Below are positions 12,506-26,469 of a stretch of DNA of 64,000 nucleotides, in pieces (position 1 is the stretch's first letter; each line of letters starts with the position of its first letter). The position numbers and the translations under genes were made by a program. The notes below the pieces were generated by a model that did no database searches, had not been told where the DNA came from, and saw only the letters and a list, made by a program, of their open reading frames with translations. Origin of the DNA: Blasia pusilla (lineage: Eukaryota). The stretch lies in the NCBI GenBank assembly GCA_050084515.1, contig CM114271.1, forward strand, positions 22,630,001 to 22,694,000, written 5' to 3'.

Positions 12506-12649
12506 TGGAGATATTTTGGTACGTGATCGTCTTGATATTTGGATTTAGCATGGGATCTTATGTATGTTCGGTAACATCGATATATGTTGTGTAGCAATGT
12601 GTATGCACACGACATCCTTTATGAGGTGTCTACATAGAGAAGAATGGAA

Positions 12650-13399
12650 TTTGGAGGCAAATTAGTTATATTTGAAGGAGATCTTTGTCAATTATCTCCA
12701 ATATGTAATCATAGAGCGAGTGACTTTTGTAGAACTTGTCATTTAAGTTCCTCCACATTTATGTCAAATGCACAAATATCTATGAGCTAACAATGCCTAT
12801 GAGACATTGTGAAGATCCAGAGTATCTTAAATTCTTGAATTCAGTAAGGAATATTACACCTACAACGCCAGAAATACTAGCATGCCTTGGTAACTATTTT
12901 GTGTGAGAGAATAGGGCAATAGATTTCATTCACTCAGATACATCCATAGTTTGTACTCATTGTGAAGATGTGAATATTTTTAACGTTTTAGCTCTTAGAT
13001 GTTTGGTGATGCATTTATAATATAAGTTAGAGTAAAATCAAATGCACCTTCAAGTCCATAATTCAATTCTAGGATTTAAGATGAATGATTCCACTAGCTA
13101 CCATTTATAGCAATACATTGTATTGTGATACTAACTGCCAAATTAATTTGAAAGTCCAAGCATCCAATGGATCATTAGCCATTGTTTTCGATGATTTATG
13201 ATGATGATGAAGAACTTGTGACAATTGTAGTTCACATATTATCAAGTAGTAAGTTAATAAACATCACAAGATCTAAAATTGCAACTCTTAAGTACAACTC
13301 GGATAGAAAATATATTAAGAGAACATTCCTACTAGTACTTAGTTATGCCATGACAAGACATAAAAGCCAAGGAGCCACTATAACAGGGCATTTTTGTTA
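12650..13399 (+). pseudogene. PIF1-like SF1B helicase fragment
   Basis: KRTFLLVLSYAMTRHKSQGATITG (motif V). Colinear with the minus-strand copy at 45600-46420. Cut at 13400 by a CACTA terminus. Confidence 0.75.
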
Positions 13400-13739
13400 C
13401 ACTAGAAGAAAAACTTTGTTTTATGACTAGGATTTATGACTTGTCTCAATCATATATCACATTCACGACTAAGAATGACTCGTGACTCGTTGAATCACAA
13501 AAGCCAAGTCATAGATTTGTAATGACTAGGGCAACTACAATAGTTTGCAGACATGGAAGTATTGTCCTCCCTATATGACTCAATGGTTGAGTCATATAGG
13601 CAGGACTACCACGTCACGTTAGTGACATGGCAAAACACTATGGTGACGTATAAACCTTGGGTCTTTGACATGTCAACATAAGATGTGGACAAAGGAAAAA
13701 ACATTCAAGTGCATGGCCTAATTGTTATTTTTTTCTTAT

Positions 13740-14075
13740 CTTTATTGGAATAAATTTGCCCATTTCCAATTGCATCCTTTTCCTAAGAAGTTGTTCAATG
13801 GTTCAACAAACTTAGCAAATGAACAAAAAAAACATCCATAGAACCTAGTCAATCTTAGAAAGCTTGAAAGTTATTCTAGATTTTCATGTGGTGCCAATTT
13901 TTTGATGATCTCTCTCTTATCCTTTATGAATTCTATGCCTTTCTCACTAATATGATGATCTAGATAATCTACTTCAATCTTTCCAAACTCATACTTTGAT
14001 AACTTTGCATATAGTTTATTTTTTGTAAGGACTTTCAGAACTTGACCTAAGTGTTTCATGTGTTCTTGTAAATTA
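13740..14075 (-). pseudogene. Gypsy RT C-terminal fragment (chromovirus-like)
   Basis: HLGQVLKVLTKNKLYAKLSKYEFGKIEVDYLDH. Similar to 24850-25115. Confidence 0.75.
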
Positions 14076-14869
14076 CCACCATATTCTCAAACATACTTGG
14101 TGTTATTCCTCCCATCAAATCTTCCCAATTTCTTCACGATGTCTTGAGGGCCCTTGTTGATCTTTGCTTTCCCATATTAACTCCATGTTGTTGGCTAAAC
14201 AACATTATCAATATTCGGAGAAGATCTTCACCTTCCTTAATTCCCATCGATGTAGCACAACCCAAAGAAGCCATCTTGATAAAACCTAAACTTGCAAAAA
14301 TAGAATCTATCACCTAAAAGAGCTCTTAGTGGAAGCATCTATTGTCGTGTCGAGAGGCTTTCTTTGAGTAAGGGCGAACCTTCTAATTGCTATAGTCATT
14401 GATGCAAGATAAAAATTTTTCCGTATTCAATATAGAACCATCATATAAACTCCCCATTCGTTAACGGTAGGGATTAAAAGTGGTTGTGTTGAGGCAATCA
14501 CCTCTTTGTAGCACCTAATCCCACATTTCCTAAGTATGAAGTCTCTATAAATTTCTTTTAGCGTTTATACACTAAAAGAAATTTGCACAAGTACCATCGA
14601 AGTTGATGATTGCATGACTTGGTTCATGAATGTCTCTTCAAAGTGGTACACTAGATCATGGTGAACAAACCAATATATATTTACGAAGAGGATCTTTACT
14701 TAGTATAGGTTTGAGAAAGGAAAATCATGTATCACTCATGCTCCACCTTTATCCATATTTAACAAACATCCTCTATCCTCCTCTTTCTCCCAATACAATT
14801 TAAGGTCATAAGAACTTGCTCCTCATATTCCCTCACACTCATGAATGAAAAGTTTCTGAAATTTAATCA

Positions 14870-17800
14870 CGAGTGCCAATATTCCTACTACATTGGATGG
14901 AGACATGGAAGGATCTGATGACTATATTGAGGAAGAAAGAATTGATGATGAGATTCTTCATGAAGGAAGGAGAAAAACACTTACAGCGCTACAATTTGCC
15001 TCTTTTCGACTTCAAAAACGTGTTGGTGCGATGACGATAATCATTTGCTTTGATTTGGGCGTCTTACTCAAGAGTACATGGTTGATTTGTATGCTACAGT
15101 AGAGATGCAACGACTATCTTGGGTTTGATTAAATCAAAAGGAGTTGCAAGCTGAATTATATCAAGATCTAAAGGATATCCTATATTAAAGTGATAGAGAT
15201 AGTGCAAGGTTTGGGAGGCGTATTGTATTGCCTTCTTCTTTTAGTGGAGGCCCACGCCATATGCATCAACTTTATCAAGATTTAATGGCCATTGTGAGGC
15301 ACCATGGGAAACAAGATTACTTTCTAACAATGACGAGCAATCCTAAATGGGAGGAGATCACTTCATCACTATTACTTGGTCAACAACCTACCGATAGACC
15401 ACATTTGATTGTGCGAGTTTTTGAGAGAAAAAAAAGGAGTTATTAAGGCTTATTCTCTAGAAGCACATATTGGGAAGGGTTGTTGGTTGCATTCATGTGG
15501 TTGAATTCCAGAAAAGAGGTCTACCACATGTACATATTTTGATTATTCTTCATCATGAGGATAAGCCACGCTCAACATCTTATTATGATGATATGATATC
15601 TGCTGAGATTCCTAATCCAAACACTCATCCCATACTTCATTCTACTATGGCTCATTGCATGGTTCATGGCCCATGTGGAAAACTTAATCCAAATGCTCCA
15701 TGCATGGATAAGGGAATCAAAAAGTGTACCAAAGGTTATCCTAAGCCTTTTGCAAGCATAACTACGGAGAGTGAGGATGGATATCCGATTTATCGAAGGT
15801 ATGTAATCGAACTTTGCATCTTTTGGATTTTAAAAAATTCCCTAACTTCTGATTTTTTATAAGGTGAAATTATATTAATTTTTTCCTTCATTCTTATGAT
15901 ACAGGCTGGATAATGGAATAAAAGTAATGAAGCGCGATCAAAGTTTGGACAATCGTTGGGTCGTTCCTTACAATCCTTTGTTATGTACTCTCTTTGATTG
16001 TCATATCAATTTGGATATCACGAATACCATTTCATTTGTGAAATATTTATAGAAATATGTATATAAGGGATCCGATGCGATATCATTTAAGGTTTCAAAT
16101 AAGGCAAACACTGGAACGACAAGGGAGGTAATCGATGAAACTTCACATTATCTTGATGCAAGGTAATCATTCTTTTGTGAATTCTTTTTCCATTCCTTCA
16201 ATATGTCTACATTCGAGAACATATCAGACTTCACTAATTTCTTTTCATCATTTTTGTGTATCATATATATAGATACGTTTCTTCCTCTGAGGCATGTTGG
16301 AGATTGTTCAAGTTTAGCTTACATGCGGAAAATCCAAGTATTATAAGGTTGGCAGTTCATCTACCCGAGTTACAAAGTGTTTTCTTCAACGATCACGACA
16401 ATGTTAAGGAGATACTACAAAGAAACAGGGAGACAACTCTTACACAATGGTTTGTAACTAATCAGTTAGATTTGGATGCTCAAAAATATCTATACATCGA
16501 CTTTCCTTCCTATTATCGTTGGAACAAAAAAAAATGGATTCATAGAATTCAAAGGAGAAATGGTTGTGGTCATCCCATTGGTTGCTTATATCTTACTCAC
16601 CCAGGTAAATATGTTTGTAATTTCCATAATGTACTTACAAATTACGTAAATTTTCAAGCGTCCTTTTGATTATTTTCATGTTTCGTATATTAAGCGATTA
16701 CATTCAAGTTTTGATAGGTGAAGGAGAACGACATTGGTTGCGGTTGTTGCTTCATCATGTTCGAGGCGTAACTACGTATGAATACTTGAGAACTGTGCAA
16801 GGAGTGCTATATCCAACATTTAAGGAGGCTGCTATTCAAATAGGGCTTCTTGAGGATGATAGGGAAGTATTCTCATGCTTTCAAGAAGCATCAGAAATCC
16901 GCATAGGTCGTACGCTTCGCCAACTCTTTGCAATTATTCTCGCTTACAACATCCCAACTCAACCTCTTAAACTATGGAGTCAATTTTTGATCCCATTCAT
17001 AGAGGATATCTTATATGAACAACGCGAGGTAATCCCTATTCCTATTTTTATGATAATAATTCTTATTTTTGGATTTTTCTTTTGGACTTACTTCCGTATC
17101 GTTTTCTATATGCAGCAAACAAGGATTTATGATCTTGCTCTAGATGCTTTAATTATGAACACAACATTATTGGATATCCATTACCATTTGCAAGATCAAG
17201 GCAAACGATTATCCGATTTCCTTGATATGCCTCAAGCAGATTTTCAAGCTTCATCTTCATATTCGTATTTGGAAGCAGAAGAGCTCATATATGATCGAGA
17301 TGACTTATATGAGCAAGCTAGGTTAGGAGAGGAAAATTTGAATGATGGACAAAGGTTGATTTGGGATGCTATACAAAATAAACTTGATAGCATTATTGCT
17401 GGTGATATTTCTTCTGGTTCAAAATTGTTCTTCATTGACAAGCCTGGTGGAACAGGAAAAACCTTTTTATACAATCTTCTTCTTGCAAGTGTACGAGGTG
17501 CTAGAGGCATAGCTTTAGCTGTCGCTTCTTCGGGAATAGCTGCTTTGTTGTTAAATGGAGGACGCACTACGCACTCACGCTTCAAGATTCCAATTAATAC
17601 AGATGAAAACTCCACTTGCAAGTAAGTATGAAACCATTTTATGAATTTGTAACTCTTTTAATATTGTAAAGATAACACTTACCCAACATACTAATATCTT
17701 TTGGTATATTTTTTGTAGTTTACCTGTTAATAGCGAAGTTGCGCGCTTGATTCAAAGGGCCTGGCTTATCATATGGGATGAGGCACCGATGACTAATCGC

Positions 17801-19034
17801 CATGCATTTGAGGTTGTAAATCGATCCTTTCAAAATATCATGGGAGTGGTATCGGAAGACTTAAGGAATGTTCCGTTTGGTGGCAAATTAGTAATCTTTG
17901 GTGGGGATTTTTGCCAACTGTTACCTGTTGTTCGTCATGGAGACCATCCAAAAATCATTCAAGCCACATTAAAGAGATCATATTTATGGTCTCATGTGAG
18001 GGTAATGAATCTTACAACAAATATGAGATGTCAAAATTTGGAGGTGAACATGCATGTACAACAAGCTTTTGCAAATTAGTTACTGGAGGTTGGAGAGGGA
18101 CGTGTGCCTTATGAATATCACTTGGGAGAGGATTTCCAAATGATATGGTGACCAAGAGTAAGAATATAAGTGATCTTATTGACATCATCTATGGAAATGA
18201 TTATGAAAAGTTTTGTGACATCATATTTTTAAGAGATACAACAATTCTTACACCAAAAAATCGAGATGTTGATGATATCAATACAGAAGTCATGTCTCGA
18301 TTATATGGAGAGGTAATATTGATTGTGAAATAATTTTCATGTCATTTTCTTAACAAATACTTGAATTATATTATGCATCAAAACTAAATTCATCTTCTAA
18401 GATATGTTTGTTCTATGCAGGAACGTACTTACCTTAGTATTGATTTTGTTCGGGATGAGAGAATGAGTTATATCTATCCAGCAGAATTCCTAAATACGTG
18501 CTTACTGTCAGGTTTACCACCGCATCATTTAAGCTTGAAAATTGGTGCGCCTATCATGCTTTTACGAAACTTGAATGGTTCAAAGGGACAAGCGAATGGA
18601 ACTCGATTGGTGATCCGTGGATTCATGCAACATGTCATTGATGTTGAAATTATCACAGGGAAGAACACTGGAGATCGAGTCTTTATTCCATGAATCCCAT
18701 TGATTGCATCAGACTCGGGCTTACCTTTTGATTTACGTAGATTTCAATTTCCTATTCGTCTTGCTTTTGCCATGACTATCAATAAATCTCAAGGTCAAAC
18801 TTTGAAAAAGATAGGAATTTACTTACCTGCATCAGTATTTTCTCATGGTCACTTATATGTAGCATTGTCAAGAGTATGACAAAAAAAGCAATAAATATAA
18901 CAATAGGAAATGACGCACTTTCAAATGAAAAAGTACACTTCACACGAAATGTGGTGTATAAAGAAATCCTTTAGTAAAATAATTTTTTTCTTATTAATAT
19001 GTCATACCGGTGCATCGCACGGGAACCTTACTAG
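14870..19034 (+). mobile_element. Helitron, autonomous-type and decayed; 5' part truncated, 3' terminus intact
   Basis: Rep-helicase coding region followed by hairpin CCGGTGCATCGCACGG (19007-19022) and CTAG (19031-19034) then T. Confidence 0.9.
14893..18975 (+). pseudogene. Helitron Rep-helicase (HUH Y2 endonuclease plus PIF1-family helicase), intron-containing, with stops and frameshifts
   Basis: LPSSFSGGPRHM, FLTMTSNPKW, VEFQKRGLPHVH (HUH), KYVYKG near 16050, [38 protein letters not shown] and [13 protein letters not shown] introns, e.g. about 15799-15904 and 17622-17718. Confidence 0.92.
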
Positions 19035-20124
19035 TTTATATTGTTTCATGCTACATTTGCTCATAATTATTTTCTCTGGACAGTTACTTCATGGTGTAGG
19101 ACGTGTGAAATTCTCACATAGTCTACCAAGACAACGATGGTCATTCAAGAATATAAAATATAGCATATGTCCCTTTTTTGGATTTTTTAGTTAATAAAGG
19201 ATGTAAGTTTTAACATATGGACAAGTGCAACTTTGTAATGGCGGTATTTGCAGTTACGTATTGGAGATAATGTTCACCTCATTAAACCAAAGTTGAGCAG
19301 GATGGTCCTCGGCTGGAGAGTTATTATAGGTTTTGGAGGCGGAGAAAAGTTCCATGGGAAAAACAATTCCACTTGGCATTGTGAGAATCAACTTGACAGA
19401 TGTCACCGATTAGGATTATACCATGTGGACTCCCAATATAGATAATGAACCGCCTCAAGTAACTTTTGGCGATGCATTAGGTTGACCATGCTTTGGCCAG
19501 AAATGCATACAAGGAAGTGTGAAGGTTAGAACTACCTATGATCCATTTTTAAAGCTAGAGAATTGTTCAAACTGTTATTGCGGATCAATTTAGATCATTT
19601 TTACACTCTTTTGAAACATCTTCACTATCTCTTATCCGTTGGTGCCCAAAATGGTTTATATAACAAGACCTTGTCTTTTTTGTTCTTACAATATTTCTTT
19701 GTATAAGTCATGGATTTGGAGTAAATGTATGAGACATCTGAAGCTTCTCTTCTGTTTTAGTTGTTCTTATGTCAAGTTGCACAAAAATATGGTCTTTGTA
19801 CTTGTTTCAACTCTCACTCTCACTTTACATTAAGCAAAGCAAGTTGAACTTGCTTGGCCATCATTCAAGGGTAGTCGTTAAAGTTGATCGGTCTACACAT
19901 AAAATCAGTAAAATTTAGGGTTTGGGACGTATATGACTATGAGAGTCATTATGTCATGACTAGCAGTTAGGAGCTCTCAACTCAATGAGTCATTTTATTG
20001 TGAGTAGTTTGGCGTATATATTATTTTTGTATGACTTTCGTAGTCATGCTTGTAGAACTTTGGTGGTTATGACGTTGTGACTCATATCTCATGCAATTTA
20101 GCGAGAATGACTTGGTGAGTTGTT

Positions 20125-21085
20125 CAACTATGACTTCTTGAAATACCGCCTGAACTCCAAAGTGGCACATCCAACGATGAGGATGCCACTGCTGCAAAAA
20201 TAGGGACCTCCTCTACCTCCTCATGCGCAGGAGAATCCATAGCAGAAACATTACCCTCCAAAAAGTCTCCTGGCCAAGTGACTACTCCACTAAAACCAGC
20301 CACAGATGCTAACACACTTTGTTGGGGAAGACCCTCTGGTCGAGCCCCAGAAATAAATCTCACAGAACTTGGCTCATACGTCCATCCCGGACCGCCAACT
20401 AGGTCAGAAGATTTGTCTCACCCCGATAATCCATCCGAAAACCCATCGTACAATATTGCTCCTCCAACTAGTACATCATACGACTCGGTGATGTGACTAC
20501 CGCAGATACTCCCAACCGGGAGCTATCGATCGCATGATCTGGTCTCAATCAGATAGAAAACTTTTCCCGTGTCATGAATTGAGACCTATCATTGGCTCCT
20601 CCAAGTGATGTTTGAATCTGGAATGGGCAAGGCTCAAGCTCGACCTCCGAATACCCAAACCAATACATGCCGCCTTTCCCAACATCAAGGTTGGGCACAA
20701 GAGTCTAACAAGACTCTATCCGGTCTCAGACACTGTCCTATAGGACTCACCAATCGGAAGATCCCACTCCGGTTGTCCAACATACATACACCAGGTGTAA
20801 GCCTCTCACGATCAATGGTGGCCGGGCCGGGTAATGCATCCATCTTCGCCGCTTTGCCGCCGCCAAGTAGCACCGGGTACTCAATGCTACTCGACATAGA
20901 GGGTCGCTCCACCGCAACACCCTCATCCACCTCAACACGTGTAGCAAGAATAACACCCCACGTTCACACACGCGTGGTCGCTAATCGAAATACTGAGCTA
21001 AGTCAACTCCTAAAGCCATCAGCTCCGTGGCCGAAAACAATGGGGATCCCAACACTGAAGTTGCCATCCATCTCTAAAGCTCCTT
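20125..21085 (-). mobile_element. Protease-region fragment of a diverged relative of the MTase-Gypsy family
   Basis: GVCMLDNRSGIFRLVSPIGQCLRPDRVLLDSCAQP and FSGVVTWPGDFLEGN...PLWSSGG align with ORF 51275-52036. Truncated just before the MTase would begin. Confidence 0.8.
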
Positions 21086-21089
21086 AAGA

Positions 21090-22410
21090 TTAGATAGTAT
21101 CTAAATTATTCTCCCAAAAGGGGTAATTCCTTCTCCAATGAGAATGAATTCATTTTCTAACAAATATAGCTTTTCTAGGATTACAAATCTCTCCAAAATA
21201 CTCCAGTCTACATTCATCAAAATCTCAAATTCCTTAAGAATTGATCATGGGTAAATTATTCTTCCAAGAGAGACAATCAATTTTATTGAAAGAGAAATTA
21301 AATCCAATATCATTGTCCCAAGAATGACAAAGACAACTCAAGAAAACAAAATTTAAGGTAGTCCCCCTCTTTATATGCCCATAGGGGATCCACAACAGTA
21401 AAATATAAGATCAATCTTATCTTGTGCCATATGGTTTTCTCTAATTGCTTAACCAATCCGTAACTCTCAACTTCATAGGACCATCCTTATATTACACAAA
21501 GGTAGAATGCCCCTTGAGGCCTCTCTTCTTCCTTTATATACTTAAAACTATGTATAATAAAGATAAATTAACTTTACCTATTCTTATTCCATGTGACCTC
21601 TTCTCATAGTATGAAAGCATCTTCTTTAGACTCTAGTGTCCTTGTCTCATTTTATCATATTTATTCATGATTTCATCTTTATTTTACTTTTCATCAACCT
21701 ACAGAGCCACTCATCTTAATCAGATGTTATTTTTTTCTTTTTTTGGTTGGTTTTTTCTCACTTATGTGTTATATGGTATAGACTCTAACTTAACTCATAA
21801 CTAACAAATAATGGTTACAAATCTTCCCTTGTTAAGATAAAACATATTTTTTGTGAGAACTTTCAAAGCCTTGCATTATCAATGGTGCATTGGTCAAGTT
21901 GGATGAGGGTTCTCATATTGCCTAAAATAATGGATATCCTTTCCAATTATTTAACTTGATAGTGATAAGTTCCTCAAATGTGTTTCTTAAAGATACGTTC
22001 CACTTCAGATTTTTCATGATCTCCTTCCATTTTAGGTAATGGTAGAGGGAGAATATTGTGATCAAATATTTTGGATGTAGAATAAACGATGAAGGAAAAG
22101 ATAAATGAAACACATTATGAATTTTTATACGCCTGGATAGGTCTAACTTATACCCACCCACTTTCTCTATAATGGAGAAAGGCCCAAGATAATAAGGATT
22201 AAGCTTACACATATCTACTAATGATAAATTGGATGTTGCTAACCAAACTTTATCCCCTTTGAAAAACTCTATCTCTTGACAATGAGCATATGCATATCGT
22301 TGTTGTCAATTTTGGGCAAAATCCAACTTCTCCTCAACTAATTGAACTCTCTTTTTAATTTAATCCATAAATTCACTAATTGGTGCTACCTTCCTAAATT
22401 CCCTTGGAAT
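21090..22410 (-). mobile_element. Chromovirus (Gypsy) 3' end: integrase tail, chromodomain, PPT and 3' LTR
   Basis: KLNPYYLGPFSIIEKVG..YKLDL..IHNVFHLS (GPY/F motif) and WKGYP. PPT AAGGGAAGAT (21821-21830) precedes TGTAACC (LTR start at 21819). Confidence 0.75.
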
Positions 22411-22419
22411 TATTCCTAT

Positions 22420-23323
22420 TTAAGTGAGGCTATGTAAGATTATGGTAAGTCAATAAAATGATCTCAATTTGAGAAGTAAGAATTATCTTTAAGGCCCTTC
22501 TCCCCTCTTTATGTACTCTTGAGTACGTGATCCCTTACCCTTACATCAAAGATCAATAAGATTGAATCTACGTCATCTTTTTCTCATTGGTCATCCAATT
22601 ATTTTTCTTACATGCTTGCCAAGTATCCTTCTAGCTATCCTTATGCATCATCATGTATACATTATATGACCTTATCTAAGATTCTTGTTATCTTATCTTC
22701 TCCTCATCTTTCATGTCATATCTTTATCTTGTGCGTGCCCTAAGCCTTTTCATCCTTTTGGCGATCTTCAATAATGCATTTATATCCCTAGTGATTCTTC
22801 TAACATAGTTTCTTCTAAGTCCTATCTTATGAAAATACTCCTTTCATTTAAGAAGCAATGTCCTTGTTGCGTGTATTCTCAAAGTATTGAATCATCAATG
22901 ATGCATTAGCAAAGTGGTTATAAGGTTCCAAAATATCTTCATACAATATATAGCCTTTCCATGGGACCAAATATTTAATGATTTGATAATTACCTCATTG
23001 ACCGATGCAATTATCTAGGACTTGCTCTACCTCAAATTCTTTGTGATTATTTACTAATCAAACTACTAATTCTTGGTTCGATCGGGTGTTGAGAGAAAAA
23101 AAATGATTGGGGAATACAACGTCTTAAGATTGATACATGGAAATTGGAAGATATTGTGAAACTCTATGTGTATAGGGAGTTCTAATTTATATGTCACTGC
23201 ACCAATACGCTCTAAGATAGGAAACATTCCAATGAAATGCGCACTCATTTTGCAAACATTCACTTATTGTAGATGAGTGGTGGATAGCTAGACTTTACCA
23301 ACTCTTCATGATAATGATGGGTA

Positions 23324-23358
<35 letters not shown>

Positions 23359-25350
23359 TTTGGGGATTTTGAGCAATTTGAAGTTTCTCCTTTGCTTGAA
23401 CCACTTCCTCATGAATTTTCTTGTACAAAGTCCTCTATTGTACGAACCGTGGAAGTGACATTGTCAATGAGACCTTGTTTTGCCAAGTTGATCATTTGTG
23501 GATGCTCTCCATACATAAAAAAAAAACTAACGGTGTTGCTTTAGTGAAAGCGTTGAGAGAGTTGTTGTAAGAAATTCCACCAATGGAAATAGCCAATCCC
23601 AATCCTCTTGCTCCCCAAGAATGAAGGCCCTAAGCATATCCTCAATTCTATAATTGGCTCATTTTTTGCGCATATATCTTATTTAGGATGGTATGAAGTT
23701 GATATAGCTAGTTGAGCCTTGAAGAGACCGAAAAGAGTGCGCCAAAATAAACTTGTGAATTAAGTTTCAAGGTCTTATATCAATAGCTTAAATAGTCCAT
23801 GTTATGAAAATACTACCTCTAAATATATCTTAGCCAACTCTCGCGTTGTCACTATCTTCTTAGTGGTCCAAATGTGAATAATTTTACTCAATTTATCCAC
23901 AAACACCACAATGCTATCAAAACTTGTACCGACGTATGGTACTCCACAAATAATATCCATGCTTACATACTCCCATTATTGGCTGGGTATCGAAAGGGTT
24001 GTAGAAACCCTACCTTATGAAGATTTTTGGGCTTATTTTGTTTGCACTTAAGGCAACTATGAACATAAGATTCCACATCTTCCTACATCTTAGGCTAGTA
24101 ATACACTCATCGAAGACTATCCAAAGTCTTCTTAATTCCAATATGGCATGCTATAGTTGTATCATGCACCTCAAATAAAAATTCATTATGGGGTTTTGTG
24201 TTGATCAGAATCCATAATTTATCTTCGTTGACGACTAGATCTCGTATCGTCTTCACCTTTCTCCTACCTTTGGCTGCCAATATCTCTTTATCTTATTTTT
24301 CAGGTGCGAGAAACTCCACCTACCAACTCGGGGGGATTTTCATCTCCGCCATATGATTCATTGTTCACATTTATGTCAAAGCATCTATAGTTTTATGTTT
24401 TCCTTCTAAGTACATATTGGTTACGTTGAATATTTTTCTTCATTCAATCGCACGGATTTGGCCTTTGGACAGCTCATTTTGTAATTCTAAGCACACTAAC
24501 ACTTTATGTTAGTCTCCAGAATAAAGGACTTATCCCCAAGATAGTGATGTGATTTCTTTATGGCCAATACAATTGCAAGCTCCTCCCGCTCCGTGGTGTG
24601 ATACTTTTGTTCCATCAATAGTAGTTTCTTAGAGGAGAAAGAAATTGGATGTCAGCCATCTTTCTATTTTTGTTATAAGATCCCTTCCACAGTTGAACTT
24701 GAAGTATCCATTGACAATTTAATCGATTTAGTTGGATCATAACACTTAAAAATAGGGGCATGTAATAAAGCCTGCTTCAATGCTTTAAATGCCATGTCCT
24801 CTAAAATTTCCCACTTCCATTTGCATTCTTTTCATGATAAGTTAGCCAATGGCTGAACCAATTTGGCAAATAAACCAAAAAAATGCTCATAGAACCCTGT
24901 CAATCCTAAATAGCTTTGAAGTTTTGCTAGATTTTTAGATGGTGCCCACTTTTTGATGACTTCTATCTTATCATTCATGACTTGCATATCTTTTTCACTA
25001 ATAAAATGACTCAGGTGATCTACTTCAATCTTTCCAAACTCACACTTTGTTAACTTTGCATCTAGTTTATGTTCTGTGAGGGCTTTAAGGACTTGACGTA
25101 AGTATTTCTAATGTTCCTATAAACTACCATTATATACTAATATCTCATCAAGGAAGACTATCATTGACTTTTCCAAATATGGACATAAAATATCGTTCAT
25201 GAGATCCATGAAGGTAGGTGGAGCATTGATTAGGCCAAAAGGCATGATTAAATACTCATAACGACCATATCTAGTTCTAAAAGCAATTTTATTGACACCT
25301 TCATCCATAATTCCAACATGGTTGTAGCCACTCCGTAGATCTAACTTTGT
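22420..25350 (-). mobile_element. Chromovirus (Gypsy) pol remnant: RT, RNase H, INT, chromodomain
   Basis: [25 protein letters not shown]...[13 protein letters not shown] region. EFEVEQVLD...YLVPWKGY...EP chromodomain near 22900-23045. Confidence 0.85.
23328..23354. repeat. (TA)n microsatellite
   Basis: Directly visible. Confidence 0.9.
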
Positions 25351-26469
25351 GAAGTATACTTATTTTTTATGGTCTTCTCATTGAATGCTCAATAATCCAC
25401 ATTCGTATTCCTCCATCCTTCTTATTCATAAATAATATGTGGATTGAAGAAAAATACTTATCATCATAGAAGCGTTTAAACTAGTCACTATAGAAGTGTA
25501 GGGATGTATGTATTATGTTTGAAAGACATGGTTGTGTGGGGTTGGTAGCTAGGTTGATCAATAGAATACTATCCAGTACCCATAGTATGATGGAAACCTA
25601 TGGGGACATCCTTGTACCATCCATGGTAGAGTTAAACCTCTACTTCTTGCTAGCCCACCAGAAGATCTTAACCTTGAAATTTGTAATTTGAAGTCTTGAG
25701 TTGAGTCTCAAAGAACCCAACTAGTTGTGTATTATGTGTGTAGGCAACTAGGTAGATGCTAAGCACTAAATGGTTCCAAGTCCCTCGACTCGGATTTGCA
25801 AGTTTCCATTTTTTCCTAAAGCGTACAATTGCAAGTCGCATGCATGATCCTATAAACCAAAATTGCAAGTTTTTTTGGACGCGTTTTAGGTTAAAAATTT
25901 ACGACTCTCCTTAATTACAAGTGGAAAATGGTTGTCAAGACTTGCAAAACTATGTGAACTTGCAAAGTTGCATCAAGATGCAATGGTGTGGCACGAATTG
26001 GATTCACAAACTTATAGTTGCAAAATATCCGCTCTTGAAAAAAAAATGACAAGAAATGGAGTTGCGTTGATATCTCTATCCTTAGTATTCTACATTGATG
26101 ATAGATACTTGTGCTACTTCCAAAATCTCACCATCTTTTCCCAATGAATCCCTCGTTTATCCTAGCTAAAAATACTTACATAACACAAGTTAGTCATTGC
26201 ATAATTAAGACCAAAAATTGTCTTCTACATAGAAATCATATGGCATATTAGTTTATTACCTTCAACAACAAGTTGAATGAAATTCAAACTCTTTCATACT
26301 CTTTCCCCACTCTGCCAAAACAAGAGAAAAATAAGAAATGAATCAAACTCATTCCACTAGATTATCTTTTCCACCTAAAACATCCAGGGAGCTATTGATA
26401 GATCAACAAACTCTCCCCACAAATGGAATTAAGGAAATTGATAGATAGGCAACTTCACTAGACTAGGGC

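Larger units (their letters stand above)
13400..20120 (+). mobile_element. CACTA (En/Spm) element remnant hosting nested Gypsy fragments and a Helitron
   Basis: Left end CACTAGAAGAAAAA at 13400. ATGACT/AGTCAT subterminal repeats at 13420-13600 and 19930-20120. TnpA-like fragment (GFGGGEKFHGK...PPQVTFGDALG) near 19250-19500. Right TIR not found. Confidence 0.55.

Noticed and set aside
12173-12551. ORFs with long SL repeats
   Set aside because: Translations of the (GA)n microsatellite.
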